NCBI GenBank assembly: GCA_965237955.1
Contig: OZ250169.1
Location: 8,000,001 to 8,064,000 of the forward strand
Origin: Candidatus Marinacidobacterales bacterium
GTDB lineage: Bacteria; Acidobacteriota; Vicinamibacteria; Marinacidobacterales; SMYC01
Direction of reading: 5' to 3'
Length of the DNA: 64,000 bases
Part shown: positions 21,887 to 29,888 of the stretch, in pieces
Numbering within the stretch: position 1 is the stretch's first letter
Layout: every line of letters begins with the position of its first letter
The notes under the pieces: generated by a model
The model's input: the letters and a program-made list of their open reading frames with translations, nothing else
The model's database searches: none
What the model was told of the DNA's origin: nothing
Translations under genes and position numbers: made by a program

Positions 21887-22971
21887 GCCTTGGTGCACAA
21901 CTCGCGATCTCGGTCCACAATTGTCCTTTACTCACGGATTCGAGGTTCCCCATGAGCATTTTCAAACGCACTCAGCGGAAGTATGTGAAGAAGGCCTATC
22001 GCGTGAGGAATTGGCGTGAATATGAGGCGGGTCTACGCAACCGTGGGAGCCTGACCGTCTGGATCTCGCTCACCGCCGGCAAGCTTGTGAACTGGGACGC
22101 GCCCCGGCCGAGGAGGAGGAAACCGGGCCGTCAACGCAAGTACTCGAACCACGCCATCGAGACGGCTGTCACCCTGGGCATGGTGTTTCATCTGTCATCT
22201 AGGCAGAGCGAGGGATTGCTGCGATCGTTGTTCGCTCTGATGAAGCTAGACAATGATGTGCCCGATCACACCACGATCTCGAGGCGCAAGGCGAAGCTGG
22301 GTAAGGTCCCCTTCTACCAAGACAAGCAGAAGACGCCGTTGCACATCTTGATCGACAGCAGCGGTCTCGCTGTCCACGCCGGCCAGCTGCGCAGAGCACC
22401 AAAGAGCAGGGACTATCGCAAGCTCCATCTGTGTGTCGACGAGCAGAGTGGCGAAGTCGTCGCCGGCGAGCTGACGAGCAAAAGAGCCCGCGATTCATCG
22501 CGGGTTGCATCGCTTGTCGGACAGATCGACAGTCCCATCTCATCGGCCAGAGCTGACACCGCATACGACGCCGGCGGCGTCTATGAGGCGATCGAGAATC
22601 ACAGCGCTCATTGCTCGCCGAGGGTGCTGATACCGCCGCGCAAGGGCGCCCAGCTCGCATCGGGGCCGGCGAGCAGCCGACAGCGCAATCGCAACATTGC
22701 AGCACAAGCTCGGCTCGGCAAACGAAAGTGGCACACAGAATCGGGCTACAGCAAACGGAGCAAAGTCGAGACAACGTTCCATCGCTACAAGGCTATCGTG
22801 GGCTCAGCGATGCGAGCGAGAGGGTTGGCGGCACAGAGAGTCGAGGCAAGGATCGGGTGCAAGATTCTCAACACCATGACGGCGCTCGGGATGCCTGATA
22901 GCGAGATGATCGGATGATGGGAGTCGGGGCCAAGCGAGCTCTCGGCCTCTATCGGAGTTGTGCACCAAGGC
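21887..22971 (+). mobile_element. IS5-family element (IS903-like group)
   Basis: Perfect IR GCCTTGGTGCACAACTC at both ends; no TSD found. Confidence 0.9.
21952..22917 (+). CDS. IS5-family transposase
   Basis: YRVRNWREYEAGLRNRGSLTVW, PDHTTISRR, IDSSG, ADTAYD, YSKRSKVET. Confidence 0.92.
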   Translation: MSIFKRTQRKYVKKAYRVRNWREYEAGLRNRGSLTVWISLTAGKLVNWDAPRPRRRKPGRQRKYSNHAIETAVTLGMVFHLSSRQSEGLLRSLFALMKLDNDVPDHTTISRRKAKLGKVPFYQDKQKTPLHILIDSSGLAVHAGQLRRAPKSRDYRKLHLCVDEQSGEVVAGELTSKRARDSSRVASLVGQIDSPISSARADTAYDAGGVYEAIENHSAHCSPRVLIPPRKGAQLASGPASSRQRNRNIAAQARLGKRKWHTESGYSKRSKVETTFHRYKAIVGSAMRARGLAAQRVEARIGCKILNTMTALGMPDSEMIG

Positions 22972-22973
22972 AA

Positions 22974-23173
22974 TTCTCGGCCACGAGATACTCGTTCCGC
23001 AGTAGCAGGTCCTCATCCACGGAACCTGAAATGTAGGCCAGCATCGTCTTCCAGTCCATCGCGACTCCTTCCGAAGAATGGAATACCTATACGACCGCGA
23101 TGGCGGTTTCAAGTGACCTGCGGGTTCATCGAACGTGCTGAGCCGCTGGCCGTTCGAGTATTTTGACCGCACG
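22974..23173 (-). mobile_element. Type-E integrase-core element: left end and N-terminal codons
   Basis: End rc CGTGCGGTCAAAATACTC; MDWKTMLAYISGSVDEDLLLRNEYLVAEN; cut by IS5. Confidence 0.7.
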
Positions 23174-23400
23174 GGAACGGTGGCAACCGTTTCCGTGCCC
23201 ATCGGGATTCCGCTGGCGATGTGCCGTGCTAGAGGCCAAGTAATGATGAGAGCGAGCAGGAAGTAAACGACGAGCTCGAGAATACGAAACGCCGGCTCTG
23301 GAAGAACAGTCCCGGCAGGAGGCGCGCTGGTTCCGTCGTCACGGCCAGCTTTGACGCCTCTCGAGCGCGATTTCTCGGACGTCGTGCGGCGACGGCTCAA
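23174..23400 (-). pseudogene. N-terminal fragment of a membrane (YfhO/GT-C-like) protein
   Basis: YFLLALIITWPLARH; start overlaps the upstream stop; cut by the E end. Confidence 0.55.
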
Positions 23401-26132
23401 TGTTCCTGCTGAGTTTGCTCGGGGGTTCGCGCAGTGCCCTCGTCGAGCTCATCAAGGTGCTCGCGCAAGGCACGAACCCTCTCCTCGTATCCTTGGATCA
23501 GCTCCTGGAGCTCGTCTCTGTTCTGCTCGAGCTCGCTCGCACCGCTGGTAGCATCTCCAGTGGCATAGAGGCGGTTGAACTCTTCCATCGCGCGGAACGC
23601 TCCACCACCATCGCCCGCATGATCGAGCACTCGGGCGACATGAAGGCTCAGGCCAGCTCGCACGTGGCCGAGCTCCATTGGTGACAGCTCGCGCAGGTAC
23701 GGGTCGTTTTCTGGCGGCGCGGCGATCCAAAGCTCGGCGAGAAGCTCGACGAGCTCCTTCCCAACGAGCCACGAAGTCTCGTTGGCCCGACCCCGCCGAT
23801 GCGTGACCGGGGCGTTGTACTCGATGAAAGGGCGATCATCCGTATTCACCGGGTAGGTTCGAAGAAGCCTTTCCGCCGCCATGAGGTTTCCCGAGTACTG
23901 CAGCAAAACGTCGCGGAATCCAAGGGGAGGGACCTCCGCGTCGGCATCGTCTCCGGAGTCGACGCGCTGCTCCCTGAGTGCGATGTTGCCAGATTCTGCC
24001 AATCGGCGCTCGATGGCGTCGCGGTCGAGCGGTGCCGCGTTCCGATGGCCTACGAGCGCGACCGTCTCCCAGCCGGGAGCGATGGTTCCGCGCCAAAGGG
24101 TCACCAGCGCAAAAACTTCACACATCGTGCGGGCGACCACGCCGAGCTCCTTCCGGGAGATTTGGTAGAGTGGAAGCCACTGCACATAGAGTCCTCCATC
24201 CTTCAGCCGGTCTCGCGCGACCTCGTAGTGCTCCAAGCTGTACAGGCTGCCTACGCCCGCCTTCCACGGCATGAACAGGTCGGCCACGATGACGTCGAAC
24301 CGCTCCGATGTCCCTAACAGATAGTTGCGGCCGTCCTCCGCCACCACACTAGCCCTCGGGTCCTCGAAAAGCCCGTGCACATAGGGCTCGAAATACGTGC
24401 GCGCCGCCTCGACGACGTCGGCCCCGAGCTCGCTAACCACGACACGCTCGACTGGATGTACGAGGGCGGCCCCTGCAGTAATGCCCGTCCCCATACCGAG
24501 AAAGAAAATGGAATCGGGTTGGGGGTGGAGGAGCAAGGGAAGATGTGTCTGCCCCTCCTCGAATGCCGAAGCACCCGTACCTCCCAGGGAGTAGTCGTTG
24601 TCCATCTTGATGGTGAGCGATGCGGGCTGCCGGATCACAGAGACGATGCCCGAGCTGCCTTCCCAGACCTCGAGAATGCTCTCTCCCTTCTCGAGCGGAT
24701 CGACCTTCACGATCGGCAGCCGCGAAGGATCGAGAAAGGACACGAGAAGCAAGAGACCACCGAGAGGAATGGCCCGGACGAGCTTTTTATTGATCTCCAC
24801 CTTGTGTGCCACGAGAAGGGCCGCGCAAAAGTAAGCAGCCGCCACGAGTCGGATGCTGGCCCAGAGACCAAAAAGATCCAAGAGGACGAAGCCGGCCACG
24901 AGCGATCCAACGACGGCGCCTACCGTGTTGATCGCCGTGAGGTCGCCCACCGTTCGTCCGGCGCCTGTCGAGAGGGGCTCGGCCAAGTGCAACAGGTAGG
25001 GAAAGAGGGTTCCGAGAAGAATGCCGGGTATCAGCATCACGGAAGCGGCACACCAGAACGAGCCGATCATGTAGCCACCAAAGCTCAACCCTCCCCCGAA
25101 ATACTCCAGCCCGTTCGTCATCCAGTTGAAAACGAAGGGCGTCGTGGCGACGAGAAGCGCGGAGGCGGTCAGGATAGCGAAGAGTAGAAAGATCGGCTCG
25201 CGACCTTTTCGAATGAGCCAGCTCGCCAAGGCCGCTCCGATCGCGAGGGCGAGGAGGAAGGTCACCAGGATCGTCGAGAAGGTGTATACCGAGTTCTGGA
25301 GCACCTGGGCGAACATCCGTGTCCAGAGCACTTCGAGGCTCAAGGCGGCAAACCCGGAAAAGAACGCCAGCGCACGAATGCCGTCTCGGGACAAATCCGA
25401 GACGATCTGTTCGGCGTCCCCCGCTTGCTCCGGTAGCGCGCTTTCGGCGGCGGCCGTTGTCGAGCTCAGAGCCCAAGCGACAACGGCGGCGGCGGCCGTC
25501 ACTGCCATGGCGACGAAATAGGATCTCGCGAAACCCAGCTCGCGGGGCAGAACGAAACCGGCCGCGAAAGCACCGAAAGCGGCACCCAAGGTGTTGACGG
25601 CATAGAGGACCGAAGCGATCCGGCCGAGGGTTTCCGGACTCCGGACGAGGTGCTGGCTCATCATGGGCAGCGTTCCGCCCATGAAAAAAGACGGCGGAAA
25701 CAGCACCATCATGGCCAGTAAGAACTTCACCGCCAAGAAGAGAGCCGGCCGGTCCCCCAAGGCCTGAAACAGCGGCGCATACACGGCGTGATACAGATCG
25801 AGTAAGAGAAAGTACGCAAGCGCGCTCAGGCTCACCCCGGCTTCCAGAAGCGCGTAGGCCGCGAGCGGTTTGCTCAGGCCACCGGCGCGCCTTCCCCAGA
25901 AGCGCGCTCCGGCAACGAGGCCGAGAAAGAACGCGGCCAAGGTGGTGGCCGCGGCATGGGACGTGTTGCCGAAGAGGAGTCCGAGCTCCTTCATCCAGAG
26001 GACTTCGTACACGAGACCCGCAAAACCGGAGGCGAAGAACAGGACGAGAGTGGATCCGACGTGGAAGCGCGCGAGCTCAACGGTCGGCGCCACTCGGGAC
26101 AAGCTCTCCATCTCGGCGTGCTCTTTCCCCAT
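23397..26132 (-). CDS. Fused MFS-like membrane domain / spermidine synthase-like protein
   Basis: SGFAGLVYEVLW, LYAVNTLGA, LGMGTGIT, EDGRNYL, FDVIVADLF, QWLPLYQ. Confidence 0.9.
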   Translation of the reverse strand: MGKEHAEMESLSRVAPTVELARFHVGSTLVLFFASGFAGLVYEVLWMKELGLLFGNTSHAAATTLAAFFLGLVAGARFWGRRAGGLSKPLAAYALLEAGVSLSALAYFLLLDLYHAVYAPLFQALGDRPALFLAVKFLLAMMVLFPPSFFMGGTLPMMSQHLVRSPETLGRIASVLYAVNTLGAAFGAFAAGFVLPRELGFARSYFVAMAVTAAAAVVAWALSSTTAAAESALPEQAGDAEQIVSDLSRDGIRALAFFSGFAALSLEVLWTRMFAQVLQNSVYTFSTILVTFLLALAIGAALASWLIRKGREPIFLLFAILTASALLVATTPFVFNWMTNGLEYFGGGLSFGGYMIGSFWCAASVMLIPGILLGTLFPYLLHLAEPLSTGAGRTVGDLTAINTVGAVVGSLVAGFVLLDLFGLWASIRLVAAAYFCAALLVAHKVEINKKLVRAIPLGGLLLLVSFLDPSRLPIVKVDPLEKGESILEVWEGSSGIVSVIRQPASLTIKMDNDYSLGGTGASAFEEGQTHLPLLLHPQPDSIFFLGMGTGITAGAALVHPVERVVVSELGADVVEAARTYFEPYVHGLFEDPRASVVAEDGRNYLLGTSERFDVIVADLFMPWKAGVGSLYSLEHYEVARDRLKDGGLYVQWLPLYQISRKELGVVARTMCEVFALVTLWRGTIAPGWETVALVGHRNAAPLDRDAIERRLAESGNIALREQRVDSGDDADAEVPPLGFRDVLLQYSGNLMAAERLLRTYPVNTDDRPFIEYNAPVTHRRGRANETSWLVGKELVELLAELWIAAPPENDPYLRELSPMELGHVRAGLSLHVARVLDHAGDGGGAFRAMEEFNRLYATGDATSGASELEQNRDELQELIQGYEERVRALREHLDELDEGTARTPEQTQQEH

Positions 26133-26195
26133 GGGACGTCCACCTTCGAGTTGCATATCAGATTCTTACGCTGATTCCTGTCATCATCTCGTCGA

Positions 26196-26767
26196 GTGGC
26201 CCGCGTGCAACCGCAGCAAGACGAAATCCGCCGGGTTAACGACTTCGACCGCCGGGAACCCGACAGGTCGGGCCACGTCTCCGGCCGCCGTAGCTACCTC
26301 AAAGCCGCTCTCCCCGTCGCGCTGGCGGGGTTGTTGCTGGGTGTCGCTTCCTATCTTTTCTTCGACCCTGCCCTTCTCGATTCCGCGCCCGATTTGCATC
26401 TCTCCCAGCTGGTGCAGGGCCTTCTGGCCTCGCTCGCCGTGGCCATTTTGGTCGTTTGGTACCACGGCGCTCGTCGTGATCCCACCTTCCCGCGGACGTC
26501 GGATGCCCTTTCTCTTCCCTTGCGCGGCGACCGTGTGCGCCGCCATGCGCAGTGGTTCGTGCAGATGAGGTGGGTCGCCGTAGCAGTGAGCCTCGCCCTC
26601 ATCTTCATCGCCGTCTTCCTTTCGGAGATTCTACCCTATGCGGCACTCCCCACTCTTCTCGCGTGGTGGGTCGCCCTGATAGGGACGAACGTCTGGTTCG
26701 CCCGACGGCTGCGATGGGCTCAAGATCTGGAAAAGGAGATCGTGCTCCAAGCCTCGGTGGATCTAGT
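26196..26767 (+). pseudogene. N-terminal membrane fragment, probably of a sensor histidine kinase
   Basis: TM helices, WFVQMRWVAV...LQASVDL; abrupt end. Confidence 0.45.
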
Positions 26768-27125
26768 TCACGGGCTCACCGCTTCTGTTGACACTTCTGT
26801 GCCTCGTGGTGCTCCAGGGTGGCGAGATCCCGAAACGCCGCGCCGACTTCTACCGGCAGTGTCTCGAAGTGCTCCTGAGCAAGTGGCGAAAACCCCTGGT
26901 CGACGTCGACGCGGCGGTCTCCATTCTTCGCCAGCTCGCCTACAAGCTTCACACGCGAGGAAAGACCGACGATCTCTCGAAGATGGAGTTCCTTTCCCTT
27001 GCGAAACGCCGCCTCGAGGAGCTGAAGCTGAAGCCAACGCCTCTAGAGCTTCTCACCTGGCTTCACCAGCAAGCCGGCGTGCTCCAGGAGTTCCGGACGA
27101 ACCGGTACGGCTTCTCGCATCTCGG
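26768..27125 (+). pseudogene. Internal fragment of a NACHT NTPase
   Basis: LLTLLCLV...PKRRADFY...LRQLAY...GVL...YGFSHL. Confidence 0.7.
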
Positions 27126-27480
27126 ACGACGCGGAGAGGGTTCATCCGTTCGTGCTCGTCGCCTTGGAGCTTGCGTGGCGGTTCGGGAACGCCTCTCAGG
27201 ATGGGTATCGTGAACAGAATCCACCAGATGGCGACGCTTAGAAACGCGTACCGGGATGCCTCGGCTCCGTCGGCGAACCCGAACTTGTCCGGCCAACTGA
27301 TCCACGCAAAATGCAGGGCGAGGAGTAGTCCGCCCCCGACGTAGCCTATTGCGTAGCCGGCGGTGGAAACGCGGTCGATCTCGTCGGGCTTGGCGACGTG
27401 CGGCAGGAGCGACTCGTAGAAGACGTTTCCGGAGGCGAACCCGATGTTCCCGATGATGAACGCGACCGATGCGAACAACC
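27126..27480 (-). pseudogene. Internal fragment of a UMF1/ATG22-like MFS transporter
   Basis: [13 protein letters not shown]...[16 protein letters not shown]...[11 protein letters not shown]. Confidence 0.8.
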
Positions 27481-27689
27481 ATTGGCCCTCGGTCGCGAAG
27501 AAGAGCTACGGCGTGTCCGGTCTCTGGGTTGGGATGCTCGTGGGACCGTGCTTCGTGGGAGCGGTCCTGCTGCCGGTTTGGACCTGCCGTCTGAGAAGCT
27601 ACTCGAGCCCAGCGTAGGCGTCGGTACTTTTCGGTGAACGAACGGATTTCGTTCATTCCCCGATGACCTCCGCCCATTCGGGCGGTGCC

Positions 27690-27918
27690 ATTGCTGTCAA
27701 GTTGGGAGCGCGGACCACAAGATATGGGCGTTGCTACACCTAGTCCCCTGTATCAGAACAAACTAGATAAAGCAGAGCTTGCCGAAACACTTCTAAGTGC
27801 ATGAATCTTATGAATCTTATGGGCTGGCGAAAAGCCTAACTTTGTATAGTAATCAAAGATCCAGGGGACTAGCCTGACCACACCATATTGTGGTACCTCA
27901 CCTTAATTTGACAATATC
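27690..27918. mobile_element. Second IS6-like mini-element, interrupted by the CTAG MITE
   Basis: GCTGTCAAGTT...AATTTGACAATA inverted termini. Confidence 0.55.
27740..27872 (-). mobile_element. 133-bp CTAG MITE, copy 2
   Basis: Reverse complement of 1554-1686. Confidence 0.93.
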
Positions 27919-28046
27919 GGGCCGATGCTCCGAGCTTTCAAACCGGCAAGCTCGGAGATGTCCGTCTGGGACCGCGCCGTTGACGCCGCGGCAAGGATGG
28001 TCATGAGGAAAATCGCCAAAAGGCGGGGGGAAAGATCCGCGTGCAT
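27919..28046 (-). pseudogene. N-terminal fragment of a secreted VPS10/BNR-type glycosyl hydrolase-like protein
   Basis: RBS, signal peptide, then LKARSIGP; cut at the IS6-like IR. Confidence 0.55.
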
Positions 28047-28437
28047 CGTGGCTGACTCCCTGTATTGAATTTTGGTAAATTTCGTGCGTCCCCCGGGCGT
28101 TGCCGCACGGAATACTACACCATCACCGCGAGGGTCACATCACCTTGCTTGTGGCGTTCAAAAAAATCGCCGGTTAACCATGATTCCGACTATTTGGGTT
28201 AAAAATCCAATCTCCCGAAGGCGCCGATCCATCGTTCTGAACGACGGATTCGTCAGTCGCTAGTCCCTCCAAGCTATTCTCAGATAGAAGATTAATCTGA
28301 TCGAGGGTTCCGGACTGACCGTCTGGTCGGTCGGATGACATCCAAATTTTTGAACAGGAAAGGGTATCGGGCAGGGGTACGGCCATCTAACACGTTTATT
28401 TCTATGGACTTATGTGTTATTTTTCGGTGGCTGGCAG

Positions 28438-28453
28438 TGGAATACAACTTGCA
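28438..28453 (+). promoter_or_regulatory. Putative sigma-54 promoter of the TBDR gene
   Basis: TGGAATACAACTTGCA has GG-N10-GC spacing; ~30 bp upstream of AGGAGG (28482-28487). Confidence 0.5.
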
Positions 28454-28503
28454 TATGTTCGCGCAGGAGTCTTACATTCACAGGAGGTAGAACTAAATGT
28501 TAT

Positions 28504-29887
28504 GGGTCTACGCGGGTTCGTGTGGGTTGAAAACGGCATTTCTGGGTAATGGCGGAAGGAATGCCGCCACGATCTTCAGCTTGAGATATCCCTCGTCACG
28601 ATAGCCGTAGGCGCGTCGTTGCAGAACACGGATTTTGTTGTTGACCCCTTCAACCAGTCCGAGACTGACTTTGTTCTCAGGATGACAGTAGGAGGCGATA
28701 CCATCCCAATGGGACTCAATCATTCCGGCGAACTTCTGGTAGGGATGCAGGCGCTGCCATTTGAGGCTGTCTTTCCAACGTGTGAAAAAGGCGCGAGCCC
28801 CGCGTTCGGTGCGGTAATCCCAGAGTTGCCCGAAGGCCTCCTTCAAAACATAGGCGGTGTTCAGGCGCCGGTTGGCCTGGAGCAACTTCTTGAGTGCGCG
28901 GCGACCGTCCAGGCTCAGGTTCTCCCGCCGGGAAAGCAACGTGTAACGCTGCCCCTTGATATACGACCGGTCCTCGCCGCTGAGGCGTTTGTACTCACGG
29001 CGCCGGACCTCATCGAGAGCCTTTGACAGGTGACGCATGATATGAAACTTGTCGAAGATGATCCGCGCATTGGGTGCGTTGTTAATCACCGAGTTCCGGA
29101 AGGGCTTCCACATATCCATGGCGGCCAGCTTGATACGGGCGCTTTTCTTCCCGCCCAGCGCCTTGAAGAACAAATCGATGTCGGTTTCTTTGCGACCCTC
29201 ACCGCCCACCCAGATGGGACGCGCCCGCTCCAGGTCGCTGACAATGACACGATAGTTATGTCCCTTGCGGATGGAGATCTCATCGATACCGATGGCCCGA
29301 GGCGCCGGCAGCCCCGCCCGCTCGACTTGCTCTTGCATGTAGAGCTTATCCAGGTCCTTCACCGTAGTGTGGTGCAGACGTTCCATCTCGGCCACCGCCT
29401 TGTTCGGCATATCCCGGCACAGCTTGCCCACATGCGTCGCAAAGCGCTGGGTGTAGCGCGGGTTGTTCGCCAGCCAGTCCAAGTGTTCTACATGCACACC
29501 ACCGCACCCACGACAGTTGACGCGCCAACGCTCGTATTCCAGATAGATCCGCCAGCCTGCCAACGACAGGTCGCGGACCCGGCACACTTGCTTGTCATAG
29601 CGCCCCCGGCACCGATGCCCACAGTACGAGCACACGGCTGTTTTTTTCGCCTCTTGAGCTGGATGACGCGGGCGTATCGGTCACCGAATACACCGTTCAA
29701 TCGGGCGCCAGCCACGAAACCTGGTAGCGCAAAAAGCGAGCGGATCGACTGGGGATTTTTCACTCGGTTAGCCTATCCGAAAAACGGATCACTTCTCAGC
29801 ACCTGATGAAGTGCTGAATACCTTTTCCACACAATGAGTTACACTATTTCTCCGTCAGCATTCGCCCACAGATTTCCGCGTAGACCC
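28504..29887 (-). mobile_element. ISL3-family element, complete
   Basis: IR GGGTCTACGCGG; 8-bp TSD AATGTTAT (28496-28503, 29888-29895). Confidence 0.95.
28508..29763 (-). CDS. ISL3 transposase in two frames joined by a probable -1 frameshift at A7 (29641-29647)
   Basis: CSYC/CRGC Zn finger, IGIDE, AMDMW, FDKFH, VEGVNNKI...RRAYGYR. Confidence 0.9.
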
Positions 29888-29888
29888 A

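Noticed and set aside
26196-27344. Single 382-aa ORF
   Set aside because: Read-through across three unrelated fragments; the NACHT and MFS pieces are in other frames.
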